Source: Oikopleura dioica (Eukaryota > Animalia > Chordata). From it: a DNA stretch of 64,000 nt. The DNA lies in NCBI GenBank assembly GCA_907165135.1, contig OU015568.1, forward strand, positions 1,798,001 to 1,862,000, read 5' to 3'. Both the position numbers and the translations under genes were made by a program. Every line of letters starts with the position of its first letter. The stretch's first letter is position 1. The notes below the pieces were generated by a model. That model was not told the origin of the DNA and searched no databases. It was given only the letters and a program-made list of their open reading frames with translations. Shown one piece after another: positions 1 to 12,630 of the stretch.

Positions 1-240
1 CACTTCGTCATTCTCTAGCTCTAAAATATTCTCTTCCATGATTTCAAATTTTCAAAAATCAAAAAGTTCTGAGTGCAAAAACAGCGAAAAATATGATGAC
101 AGAATTGGCTGTCGTGCAGAGCCAAGCCTGTGCAAATATCACAATTCTGTAAATACCCAAAAATTGTCACGATTTTCTCTTTCTAGCGTAAATATGAAGA
201 GTAACAAATCTCCCCCTCTGATCTCATTCTGACCAGCTAC

Positions 241-3200
241 TTACCAACGAGGGAAATCGCCTGTAAAAGTGTTTCGACTACTGTTTTTCAAGGTCAAAAA
301 TTTATACTGAAATTTATAGTGAAAAGTCATTAAAAAAAATCCAATTTTAGATTTTAAAGAAATTCTCGACATAGTTCCTGTAAGTTTATTTTGAGCCGCT
401 TGACACATATTACTTTCCCCCTCGCAATTGTCAATCATTCTGTTGATAGCGTCAATTTTCAGCAAATTAAGGTCGCTTGTAAAAGACGGAAGTTCCATCA
501 GATGATCCCGCAAGATAAGTGCCAGAATTGCCGATAACTCTGAACGAAAATTAAGTCAATAGAGACAGAACCAGAGTTTATTCTCACCCTGTAGCTTTTG
601 AAACAGAAAACTCGCATCCTTCCCGGCTTCAGAAAGGAAAGGTTGAATTGCTGAAGCGACTTGTTCCTTGAAAAAAAAACGGTTTTAAAGTCGAGTAAGG
701 AATTCCGGACTCACGGGAAATGGCGCTTCCGGAAGGGGGCTCTCGAGACCGCCGCGCATCGCATCTTCGACGAGCTTCAAAACGACGGGAGTCATCCGCG
801 GTTGATCTTTTTCGGAATCTAAAGAAAAGTTTTTCTGATGATGACTACGAAAATCTTACAGTTCGATGCTCTCGAGAGAATGCCTTCGTCAAGCGCTTCT
901 TGGACAATTTTCATGACTTCGGGGGTTATTGGAGGGTAGTAACTTTGGTTGTCAGAAGATTCGACCATTCTTGACTGCGCTCTAGAATTCTCCGCGCTTT
1001 GAAGGCCATTGAGAAGTGCTTGTTGGACTAAATCCGCAGCTTCTTGTTGAAAGTGGTCAAAACTGGAACTGGCGTTTTCCTCTTTTCCGCTTTCTTTTTC
1101 ATCTTTTGCCGCTTCGAAATTGAATGTGACGCGTTTTGTCTCCTCTTCTGCCATTCTAGAGGCAACCCGACTTTGTTCCGCAGATTTCAGCGCATCGATC
1201 AAAATTGGCTTCCCAAGCCGGCTGACATTCCTGCTCACTTCTGCTGATTCCATTCCTAAATGACTTGTAAAACATAATTCAGAGCGGTAAAGACGAACCA
1301 TTATTGATTGAAGACGTGACAATATCAGAAACCAATGGAGTGATTCGAGGATCAGAAGATCCCAAAGTTTGCTCGGCGGCGATAGGAGACCTAGGAGCGC
1401 TGATACTGTCAGATATTACAGTCGCTTCCGAGTCAGGTGCATTTATTGTGACTTCGGCTTTATCGGGTGCATTACTTGATAATTAATCAAATAAAAAAAC
1501 ATTGTCTACTCCTTGGTAAAAAGATGAAAAAATAATAATCCCTTCCTTCATTAATTCTGCCAGTCGGAAGTTCTGGGCTAGAATTTCCTGAAATAACATC
1601 CGAATCTCCATTTTGACTAGGGTCAACATTGAAAGCTCTTTTGACAAGCTTGACAACTCAAAAAAAAACCGCATATATCTTCATGTTCCAAGATGAATCT
1701 TAAATTTTCTAAAAAGAGTTGTTGAAGCTTTTCCTAGAAACAGCTCTTGAAGCATTGGCTGATAAAAGACCGTCTTCTAGGGCTTCTCCGGCAACAACAG
1801 ATGTCATCATTTCATTTTTCAGAGCGTCGTTTGCCATTCTCGACGCAATTCTAGAGGCTTCTGATGATTCTCCATTATAACCACTCTTTGTTTCATCGTC
1901 CACAAAATCGGTAGAATATACTTCTTCTTTCTCAACAGCGGCCTTTGCCATTCTAGAGGCAATCCTAGAAGCTTCTTTTGACGCATCAATAAGGTCTTCT
2001 TTGTTGTCATCAGAATCTGACGAACTGCTGCTAACAAGGTCTTTCTGAAGAGTTTCTTTCGCCATTCTAGATGCCATTCTTGACGCATTTTTTGACGCAT
2101 CTTCGTCAGACTCGCTCGAACTTGAATCTTGTTGATTCAGAATCGCGGTTCTTGCCATTCTCGAAGCAACTCGTGAAGCTTCCTTAGAAACATTCTTTGA
2201 GTCAGCGCTTTTATCTTGACCAGAGGTTGTTTCAGTGGTTCCTTTGGCCATTATAGATGCAGTTCTAGAAGATTCTAAGGGCAGCTCTGCTGAATTTTCT
2301 TCTTTGATGTTCATTGATTTGGAATTTTCAAGAGCATCTTTGGCGATTCTCGATGCAGCTCGAGAGGCATCTCGTGAAAAGTCGTTCAAATTCTTGAGTT
2401 CTTCAGTGGTTGTTGATGATTTTTCAGGCGTGCTTGATCGACTTGAATATTTTGAAGAAGCTGGCGAATCTTCGGGTCTGAGAGCACGAGAAAGAGCTCT
2501 TGAGGCTTTTATATTATTGAAAAACCATAATTTCTATTTGGTTTTGTAACGCCGGAGTTCAAGTTGCCATTCGAATCATGAAAAAAGAATTATATGTAGG
2601 TTATTATATACGGTTATCCAATCATTTCCTGAAGCCGAGACGAGTCCATCTTCCATCGCTTTCTCGACAATCTCTTTAGAAACTTCTTCTTCGATCGTCT
2701 CTTTTGCCATTCTTGATGCAACTCTTGAAGCTTCTTTTGATTTACTTTCTCTCTCAAAAGCCGGAGAAGGTGATTTTGAAGAGTCTGATGATTTGGCACT
2801 TGTTGCTTCTGGACTCTTTTGATCCAGATTCTCCACTTAATTTTTTTTCTTTTAAAAACGATCAAAGAGATAAGAGCTTGTTCCGCAAACAATTCCTCTT
2901 TTTATTAATTCTAGTGTTCAATCATTAATATCGCTCACCTTGTTTAACCTCTTCACCTTTCAATTCTTTCTTCTCTTCTCTGAAATAAAGTTTCTCTTCG
3001 TTATCTCCAAAGTGGAAAAAGTCAATTATTACTGAATAACAGAGCGAAAGTTCTTGTCCGGAAGTAGTTTCCAAATGGGCTATTTGAATGGATCTTATCC
3101 TACCTGATCAGTTCTATTGTCTCGGCTACCAGCTCGTTCACAAAAGGAGTCAATCGCGCTCGATCGATTTCTTCTAGCGCTTCCTAGCAAAATTTTTTTC

Positions 3201-3428
3201 AATGCTTGAACTCAATTAAAGGTCAACAAACAATTACTTTCAACAAAAATATTCATCAAACTGAACCTGAATCTCTCTTTGCGCCGATTTTCGACCATCT
3301 TCCAGCGTTCTCGCCACCAATTCATCTACCGTCGGCGTTATTCTTCCGAAACTCTGATCTTCTTCCAGAGCGTTTTGCACTAGAATTCTGACAAAAGGTG
3401 TCAACCGGCCTTTTTCAGAAAAATCCAT
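241..3428 (-). CDS. Multi-exon Ser/Glu/Ala-rich protein with repeated amphipathic motifs (ITPxVxxIVxxALEDG / ASRxASRMAK); unknown function; 3' end may run past 241
   Basis: ATG at 3428 (MDFSEKGRLTPFVRILVQNALEED). ORF segments 3240-3428, 2629-2835, 1733-2505, 819-1256 and 241-513 lie on one strand, and most share the motifs; they are separated by short introns. Confidence 0.7.
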
Positions 3429-3685
3429 GACAGAAATAAATTGTGAGAAATCAACCGCGGAAATGAAAGCGACAAAATTTGACAAGTGTTTGACCGGACA
3501 ACATGGATACAATTGTTCTCTGCCACTCAGACTCTCTGATGTAGATTTGTGATTCTTGAAATTTATAATTTGAATGTCATGAAGAAAGTAATGAGTAATG
3601 ATCATGGAAGTTTATTTCAGTATACAGAAAATCAGTTCATTTATTATTTGTTCTTTAGGTCGGGTTTTTATTAATTTGAAATATT

Positions 3686-6600
3686 CTACTCTTCATCTTC
3701 ATCCTTTTTACTACTGTGATTCGCGTAGAACTAAAAATATAAATCAAGCAGAGTCCTTCATGTTTTCAAAAAATACCTTGTTCGCTTCAGCAATGGTGTT
3801 GAGGAGAGGGCGACCGTTAGTTTCAGGAAGAGTGAAGAGTAAGACGCCCGAGGCGACGCAGAAACCTCCATAGATGACTGGAGGTAGCCATGGGATCTAA
3901 GATGAGGTTGTCATTAAATCGACTACTCGCAAGACTTACAGATTTCCAGAATTCATTCACAAACGGCGCACAAATGCCGCCAATTCTGCCAACCATCGAT
4001 CCAAGTCCCAAAGCATTTCCTCGAATTTCAGTCGGGAACAACTCTGCTCCGTAGATCCAAATGACAGCAAAAGATCCGGAAACTCCGAGTTTCGCGCCAA
4101 ACATGAGCCACCTGAGAAATAAGGATATCCTTTTGCAAACTGGAAACTGTTTACCTGAAGAATTCTATTGTCCATTCAGCTGCGATAAAGAGCTTTAGGG
4201 CCATTCCTCCGAGCATACAAACGCCGGCGAGGATAAGCGGTCCACCGAGGAGAATCCGGCGACCCCAGATCTAAGAAAATTTCCAATCCTTATTTCTTTC
4301 TATCTTATTACCTCTAAGAGGAAGAAGGTGGGAATATATGCAGCGACTTCGACAAGCCCATTGATAACATTATTCATATAAATGTCTCCAGGAAGATCCC
4401 CGGCGGAAAAGATCAGTCCATAATAGACCATGACAATGGTAATGAATTGGAAGCAAAAGTTCAATGTCACCATCAACAATGGCGTGCCAGAAGTAAACAA
4501 GGTCAGTACTGTATGATTGGTCGTTTCAGCCTCTTCTTCGGGTTTTTCAGTATCAGCTACTTCCTCGCATTTTTCACGGAGAGTTGCGTAGAAGTCTTCT
4601 TCGGCGTCGCCAGAGGAAGAGGAAGGATTGAGTTTTTGAAGCTCGACGTTGTTGTAATCGACGCTTTTCGAGGCCTTGGCGAATCGCTCTAGAACTTTTC
4701 GTCCTTCATCGTATCGTTTCAAGCTGTAGAGCCATCTTGGCGATTCCGGCCAGAGCCACCAGGTAAGTGCAAAGGGCAGTGTAATGAAAGCAATTGCATA
4801 AGTCAGATGTCTCCAATGCGGGAATATGTAAGAAAGAAGACTCATAAAAACATAGCCAGCGGCGAAGAGGAAATTCGGGATCATGCCAACATATCCTCGT
4901 GCATCTGGGCCAACGAATTCCACGGCTAAGAGATAAAATGAATGAAATGGGGGCAAAGGAAATCGGAATACCGAAGACATTGTAGGTGATGTAAGCAGCT
5001 TGATTGGCGGACTGGACAAAGATTCGAATGGTGACGAATGCGAGATATCCGGGAAGGATTGCCTTAATTATTGTTAAGTGTAGAAATCGAAAATAAAATA
5101 TCAGCTCGAAAAAGCATTTACTGTTTATCTAAGAAAAATTGATTCACCATGTATCACTTGATTAAAAATTCTTATTTGAATAAAATTTCACATCTTTGTG
5201 GTTTTTTTATAATCAAAATTTTTATGAAAAATATCAATTTTCAGACCTGAAGAAGCGCAAATGAACCAGAAGCCGCAACAGCCACAATAATCGTTATCTT
5301 CCTTCCCCATTTATCAGAGCAATAGCCGGCCAAAAACGATCCAATAAACAAGCCAACAAAAGACATACTCGTAGCAATTGAGTTTCCAAACGATCCACAG
5401 GCAAGTTTGAATTCGGAAGGCACTGTTTCGGTGAATTGAGAAGTGTCGAAGATAACTGTTTCGGAAGTGCAGTTGAGGGTGTCGTACCCGCTTTTGTCAA
5501 GAGCGGAGAGGCAGTCGGGAAGGAGAAGGGATGAGTCGGAACAGTCTGTTACAGGGACTTCGTATGCTTCGCATTCCTGTTCGATTGAGACTTGCGTAAT
5601 GTTCAGCAGCTCGGAAAAAGTAAAGTTGTAGCCAGTGTAGTCATCCAAGCCTGTCGGGCAGCGAACATCTAAAGAATCAATTGAATTTCATAATTACGAT
5701 ATTGAAAACTTGTTTTTGTGCGAAGCGGACATCTTTCATGGCGCAGCGCCAAAAATTTGAACTAACGAGATGTTTACCTTGCTTTTTCTGGGCAAAGACT
5801 GGATAAGTTGAGTGAAGACCGTCGATGAATCCGGTAAACCCGACTAGAATAAAGGACTAGGGGATTCAGCTGTTAGATTGAAATTTTTACCCATGATAAC
5901 GACGAGAATGTGGTAAAGGGTGACTTGTTGGAGGACATTCCAGCACCAGTCAAAACCTGAAAAAATTAAAAATAATGAAAGAAATCATCGAATGTTATGA
6001 GACCAAATCGAAGCTTATCGTATCATTGATCATATTTTTTATTTAAAAAATTATAATTAATTCGATAAATTTTAACCTGTAGTTAAATAACTCTCTTCTT
6101 TTTTCTCTTCCATCTTTTTAACAATCTCTTATTTTTAAGAAATAAAGTTCCCTCTCTTTTCCTTATCAACTGAAGGTGAAAAAATTTCAAATATTTCTTC
6201 TTGTTATTTTCCTCTATTTTGAGTTGGTGGTTTGCCACACACAAAGGGCCATAATTTGACGAGCTTTGAAACCTTGGTGAACTCAGCCGTCACCTTCAAT
6301 TGCCGCCCTCACACCTTTTCTCTCTTTTATCTCGAATTCGAAAAATTAGAAAAATTGAAAGAATGGGGAGCAAAAGAAGGAGAAAAAGGGTTTGAGAAAA
6401 AAGACAAATTCCGAGGAAGACGTGAGACATGAAAATTGACCCGCGAATATCGATCGATCAATTTTTCAAAAGCGGATCAAATGAGGTTGAATTCGAATTT
6501 TGTTTTTAGCCAAGATAATAACTACAGTTGTTTCTCAATGTCTTTTAGAGCAGGGTTAGGATTTAAGCTTCAGAAGTCAAGTCCGATATATTTTATAAAA

Positions 6601-6855
6601 TCATGTTAAATTAGCCAAAAATGTCGATTTTCAATCAAGAGGGCAGAAATTGTAGAGTTTAATTAATTTTCTTAAAAATTCTTCAATAAAAATTTTCTGC
6701 AAAACGAGGATAATAAACTCAGACAACTCAAATTTGGTCGAAAAGACACCGGGTCTATAAAATCATCAACTAAAGTTGTTTGAAATTTTATGCTTGAAAT
6801 TCTCGTTTGATTTTAAAACTTCTTTACCTGTGAATTTATCCACTTCTTCTCCCAT
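3686..6855 (-). CDS. SLC22-family organic cation/anion transporter (MFS)
   Basis: Motifs: Cys-rich ectodomain ending ETVPSEFKLAC, SDKWGRK, EFVGPDARG, WPESPRWL, YGAELFPTEIRG, LPET. GT-AG exons reconstructed; TAG at 3686-3688; two candidate first exons (6077-6113, 6828-6855). Confidence 0.93.
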
Positions 6856-7565
6856 TTTCTCTTCTTTTCTTCTTTATTCACGAATTTCTGAAAAGCGTAA
6901 AGGCTGATTTTGATATATTATATATCATATATAAGTCTAGCCAGGATATGAAAAACTGATATGGGGGAGTTACAAGACTTGTCGGTGCTAATACGCGTCG
7001 TATGATGCGTTTTGTGTCTGTCTAGTCTATTGAAAAACTTGAAAACAAAATATTTCACTAAATAAGCACTTTTTTCGGGAAAGAAAAAAGGTTGAAAATT
7101 CAGGATTCAAGGTGAAATTTCAGTATCTCTTGATCAATGAAAGCTTTTTGGTAGTAAAAATGAGCTGTTTGAGAACTTTTCTACCGCAATAGCTGCACTT
7201 AGCAAACAAGGGTCTGCGGTTTCTTGGCAAAGAAAAGCAATTTGAAGAACCAGCGAAAACTTATCGTCGTGCGTTCGTTAGTTCTTCTACCAGTCCAAAG
7301 GTCAAAGCTCAAATTTTGAGATCATGATGATTTCGCTTTTTCGATTTTGATAGAGCCGAGGGGTCTTTTTGCCTTTTCTAGACCAAAAGGACAAATTCAT
7401 TTATTTCAATTTATTCTTATTCTTATCTGAGAGCATTCTGAAAAGTTAACGTCAATTTTGATCGCTCTCATGTCAAACTGACATTGTCAAGGTTGTCAAC
7501 GCTGTTCTCAAAGCTCAATCTCTCCCCTTCTCAAGAAATGCTTCTTCATAAAGAGCTTTCATAAA

Positions 7566-10500
7566 ATGAGAGATTGGCAAGCGAAATGCGTTGTCTGCTC
7601 AAGCCGCGGAAAGGCGGTTGTAGTGGACAACGAAGTTTGGTAAGATATTCACAATATCTTATTGCTAGTTGTTATATTTAAAATTTTCAGGATAATTCCA
7701 AATTCGGAGCAGGAGGCAAGAAAACAACTGCAAAAATGGAACACCTTCCGAGTCAAGCACTACAAAACAAAGGGACGATTTCAATACGTCAGGAACCCAA
7801 TTAATAATCAGTATGAAATCAAATAAACTGTATATCATATAATAATTCTAGTGGCTTTGGAACGTTGCCACAATTGATAACAGTTGTTTCTTTGGGGTCG
7901 TTGTTTTGGATTGCTGTTGCGCTTTTGACATCTTATCTTGTTTTTGAGGGAAAGAAATTTACGGCTGGCTTCGGTTCTGCCTGTGTGATGGAGTACAAGA
8001 AATGCATTCTTGATCATCCTTTGCGAGAGTGTGTCCAACCGTTGAGAAATTGCGGAAATCCATTTCATGAAGATTTCAAAACATTTGTCATGCCAATTTC
8101 AGCGGAAGACGGAATAACCATTCCCCCGCCTGGCTATGAAGAGCAAATTTCATTCACTCCAGAAGAAAGTGAAGCGAATGAAAAGGAATGCCTCGAAGTA
8201 GTGAAATTCGGTGCTGAAATGTGCAAGCAGCTTTGTTTGAAACACGACCACGCAAAATATTTCTTAAAGAATATGAGTGAATGCTCTGAAATCTGTCTTC
8301 ACATCGGAGTTCCAACCGAACAGATCTGCCCCTTGCATGAAAAATGTCCAGATGGATGCCCATGTCCCGAGTATATATGTACCAAGACTAATCAAACCAA
8401 AGCAGTAGTATTTGTGAAGGCTAAATATGATTTTTATACTGATAAGTATACGTCACTCAGGCGAGGGTCGATAAAATTCTAAGAAAAGATTTCCTCGAAA
8501 ACATGGACTACAATTTTTAACCCACCTTTTCCCTACCAGAGTTCGAAATCCCGCGTTTGCCCGGGGGAAGATACGGGCACGGGCAAGAAAGTGAAGATTC
8601 CCGAGGGCAAAAGCGGTCACGGGCAAAAAAACGAATTTTCTCGCGGGCCAAGCGGGCACGGGCACAATATAAAATATTCCCGCGGGCAAATTCGGGCACG
8701 GGCAAGATTCCCGCGAGCTTAAACGGGCACGGGCAGATTCAATGCACCTTATGAAAAAGTGTTTAAACTATTTAAATAGCGTGGAAATAGACACCAAATA
8801 CTTGAGGGAGTATATTGAAAACTAATCTGCATACAGAACTGTTATGACGTGCTTTTTTAAGGTTAACGAAGTTTTCCAGCCCATTTCCACCTTATAGACC
8901 CCCGAACATTATATCTTTACAAATCAACAGAAAATTTTAAGAACTTTAACGGTTCAAAATTCTAGAAAACTCCACTTCCGGTCGGTTCCAGAGCCGGAAG
9001 TTGACGTAATTAAGGTGTTATGGTGAAGTGTGACCTATAAAATTGATGCTCAGACGATTTCCTATCATTTTAGACCAAGAATCAAGACCAACCGCGGTAA
9101 AATAAACCGGAAAAAAGTGAAAAAAATTCATCACTTTATGCCTTTTTTTTACAAAATTTTAACGGACGTTTTGACCAGGTTTGGGACTGTTTCTTCTGAA
9201 ATATTGATTTTAGGATGACTCGAAATCTTCTGAGCATCAATTTGATAGGTCACACTCTACCATTTTAACTAAATTTCGTCAACTTCCGGCTCTAGAATCG
9301 ACCGGAAGTGGAGTTCTCTAGAATTTTAAACCGTCAAAGATTTTGAAATTTTCTGCTGATTCTAAAAAGTATGGTGTTCGGGGTCTTTAAGGCGGAAATG
9401 GGCTGGAAAACTTCGTTAATCTTAAAAAAGCACGTGTATATGCAAAAATAAACTCATGGACGATGAACAATGCACATTGTGCATGCAGAATAGTTCTGCA
9501 AAATGCAGAATTGTTTCGATCAGAAATCGGAGTGGTCTCCGTTTGCCAAAGTCGCCGTTTGCCCAAATCGCCGTTTGCCAACTTGGAGAAACGGAGATTT
9601 GGGCAAACGGCGATCTGAAAAAAGTTTATATTAATTGATCATTATACATTATTTGACTTTTTTAATGTCAATCCTGGCTTCTTCAACGCCAATCCTGGCT
9701 TCACCAACATCAATCATGTTTTCTCCAATATCATCGACAATATATCAATTATGGCTTCTCCATCGCCAATTCTCGCTTCACCGACTTCAAATATGGCTTC
9801 TCCAATGTCCATCCCGGGTTCTTCGACGTCAATCCCGATTTCTCCATCGTCGATCCCGACTTCTCCAACGTCGATCCCGGCTTCATCCATCTCCATCTCG
9901 GCTTTTTCAACGCCAATTTTATCTTGAAGAAGCCATGATCGACATTCGAGAAGCGATGATTGACAACTGAGAAGCCGGGAGTGACGTTTGAGAAGCTAGG
10001 ATTGAAGTAAGTGACGCCCGGATCAGCATTGAAGAAGCCGGGATTGACGCTGGAGATGCCAGGATTCAAGTTTGAGCCACCAAGATTGACGTCTGAAAAG
10101 CTAGGATCGAAGTTTTTGAAGCCAGGATTGAAATAAGTGAAGCCGGGATTGAAATAAGTGAAGCCGGGATTGACTGTGAAGAAGACAATAAAAGTTATAT
10201 GATCAATCAATTTAAATTAATTCACATCGCCGTTTGCCCAACTTGGGGAAACGGAGACCATTCGGTCGTAGTTTCTAACTAGCTCCTAAAACTTGCGATT
10301 CGAAAATCCGAATTGATTCAGGGTCGTTTTTATTTTATTTTCTTATTTTGAAAAATAGGCTTGAGATTTAGCAGTAGAAAAAATGTTCCCCCGGGCTGCC
10401 CTCGGGAATATTTCGTGCGGGAACGCGGGCAAATCGCCCGTGCCCGTTTATGCCCGCGGGAATCTTCTCATTCATGCCCGTGCCCGTATCTGCCCGCGGG

Positions 10501-12462
10501 AAAATTTGTTATAGTGCCCGTGCCCGCTTGGCTCGCGGGAAAACTCGTTTTTGTGCCCGTGACCGTTTTTGCCCCCGGGAATCTTAAATATTCTGCCCGT
10601 GCCCGCCCGCCCGCCGCCCCCTTGCCCGGGAGCCGCAAAAATTTCGAACTCTGATTCCCTACCCTAGCACTAAGAGAGCGTAATGATTATGTTCATATTC
10701 TATCCTTCAATTCCGCTTTGAATAGACTTGATGTTAATATAACGGATATTCAGATGGACTTTTCTACTAATTTGATCGAATGTACAGTGTTTAATAGGAA
10801 CAAGCATTTTCTCGTTAAAAGTAGATACAGAGATACAGGAACTTCGTTCAGGCAAAAATACTATACAGGAAGAGCTACTTAAAAGAAAAGATATTCTTAA
10901 TCCAGGAGTCTGGATTCGTTTAGCGAATTCGCTTCGCTTCGCTTTCGCTTTTTACCAAAAATTTTCGCGAAAAATGAAACCGAATTTGAAATGTACACTT
11001 TTTCGAAGATTATATTTTTTCGAAAAATTTTCGCTTCGCTTCGCTTTCGCTTTCGAAATTTTGATTCGCTTTCGCCTTTAATTTTTGAGACCCCTGCTTA
11101 ATCACAATCGAAATTTATGAAGCTTCTAAGATTTATCACTGACCGTTATTGATGAAGACACAATAAAAGCTAAAGAAATCGCCTTACTTGGTCGAGTCAA
11201 TAATGAAAATGAAGGCTCAGCATGTGGACATGGGCTCTACGAGACTGAGTATAGTGAAAGAAAAATAATTCATCACGAGCGGCTCTTTTTCTGTTTGAAA
11301 GCATTCGGCACTCTGAGACCTTGCAAAGTGGCAGATCCAGACGATCCGCGAAATTTGAAATTGATTGAGAAGCCTATTCCATTTCTCTTTGCGAATAATG
11401 GACGTGACAGTCACGTGTTTACCTTTAAAAGACGCTTTGTAAGAAAAATATATGTGAATCTTGCGAAAACGTTTATTTAAGGGCTTGCTCGCAAAGACTT
11501 TCTTCAATGTGGTTAATATTGTTGAGTTCAAAGAAAACACGAATTATAATGGGAGAACTCGGAAGGGACACTGGACTAACATTGCCCTTTCAAATACTGA
11601 TGAGGTTACTAGAAAGATATCCAATTATTTTGACGCCGATATTATTCAAGTGATTCCAGTAAGGTTCAAAAATAGTATCTCATCTCTTTTTGATATTTTT
11701 GTTTCTTATAAATATAAAATAACTTGGAGTTAATAACGAGAAATCGTATTGTGCTTAATTATAGAACTCAAAAAAGATTCTTATGGACTGACTTTGATAC
11801 AGTCAAGTCAGTTCTATAACGCTAAAAAAGAAGGCAATTCTTTCTTACAACGCGTTTTGATAAGCAGACTAGCCACGGAATCATAAAAATCCGCTCTTTA
11901 ATAAGGGGAGTATGACCTCAAAACTCGACCAATTACCCTAACCCTAACCCTATGATGTGATTTTTTATTTTATTTTTCCTAACCCTTACCCTCGCCCTAA
12001 CCCTAACCTCCCCCGAAGCACGCAGGTCCTAACCCTAAGGTCTATCCTAGGGGGTTTCGCCCCCTTGGGACCCCCTAAAACTAACCCAAAATAAGGGTGG
12101 CCGAATTTTGAGGCCATACTACGTTTAAAAGATCAAAAAATGATTCTTGGAAAGTTGACAATATTTGGTTGGATCTTAGAACAATCGTCATCCCCGTTAT
12201 CACTCGAAATTCTTATTATGAGGACGTCTTCTATCTTTCAAGAAAACTCTTTTTCCACCGGTTAGATGCACCTTGCTACAGCTGCAGTGGTAAAATAATT
12301 GATTGCTTGGTTGGAGATTGCTGGGCAATACATGAACGCAGAGTAACTCAAATCAGAAGTATTTTGAAGATTGACTATCAAGAAGGTGTTTGGAAGAAAA
12401 TGGAGGTTCATCCATTTACTGCTGATGAGTTCAATTATTTAGGTTTTTATGAACGTCCCTAA
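7566..12462 (+). CDS. Type II membrane Cys-rich protein (CPxxCPxGCPCPxYxC family), paralog of 38116-41632; interrupted by nested MITEs, possibly a pseudogene
   Basis: Exon 1 MRDWQAKCVVCSSRG; TM segment GSLFWIAVALL; CPLHEKCPDGCPCPEYIC. After the MITE stack the frame resumes with TVFNRNKHFLV, matching STFLNGKHYLV in the paralog. Fragments continue to 12462. Confidence 0.6.
8846..9436. mobile_element. Palindromic MITE (about 240-bp imperfect arms) nested in 8537-10653
   Basis: ACGTGCTTTTTTAAGGTTAACGAAGTTTTCCAGCCCATTTCC at 8847 mirrors GGAAATGGGCTGGAAAACTTCGTTAATCTTAAAAAAGCACGT ending at 9435. TA-rich flanks. Confidence 0.85.
9534..10259. mobile_element. Small foldback-type element with inverted internal 21-bp repeat arrays, nested in 8537-10653
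   Basis: TIRs GGTCTCCGTTT...AAACGGAGACC with subterminal CGCCGTTTGCCC motifs; internal opposed arrays. Confidence 0.8.
9667..10185. repeat. Two opposed degenerate 21-bp tandem arrays (gtcaatcccggcttcttcaac and its reverse complement)
   Basis: About 9667-9915 forward and about 9925-10185 reverse; produces the heptad pseudo-ORFs NPGFTYF and EAGIDVG. Confidence 0.85.
10903..11096. mobile_element. Short hAT-like MITE with (TTCGC)n subrepeats
   Basis: CAGGAGTCT...AGACCCCTG termini; exact 7-bp direct repeat cttaatc on both sides. Confidence 0.75.
11906..12123. mobile_element. MITE containing telomere-like (CCCTAA)n tracts
   Basis: TIRs AGTATGACCTCAAAACTCGACCA / TGGCCGAATTTTGAGGCCATACT; internal ccctaaccctaacccta and further cctaaccc units. 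Confidence 0.75.
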
Positions 12463-12630
12463 GTTTGTATAAATGAATTCTTTGTTTAATTTCATATTCA
12501 TTTTATGGCGCAGAGAACTGACATTTATTATCTGATTTTATTTCCATGATTTCAATCATGCGTGCTCAAAAAATTGAGAGTGCGTTACAGTCTTGTATTT
12601 ACAGTGAAAGATTGAAGAAAGCTGAAGATT

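Larger units (their letters stand above)
8537..10653. mobile_element. hAT-like non-autonomous DNA transposon (MITE) carrying two nested insertions
   Basis: TIRs CAGAGTTCGAAA...TTTCGAACTCTG. Flanks tttccctac / attccctac (ttccctac duplicated). Dense inverted CGGGCA/TGCCCG subterminal motifs. Confidence 0.85.

Noticed and set aside
9635-10210. Heptad-repeat ORFs (NPGFTYF) resembling a CTD or elastomeric protein
   Set aside because: They lie wholly inside a TIR-bounded element with mirrored 21-bp arrays.
11936-12090. True telomere or chromosome-fusion site
   Set aside because: Short degenerate tracts enclosed by TIRs, all in one orientation.
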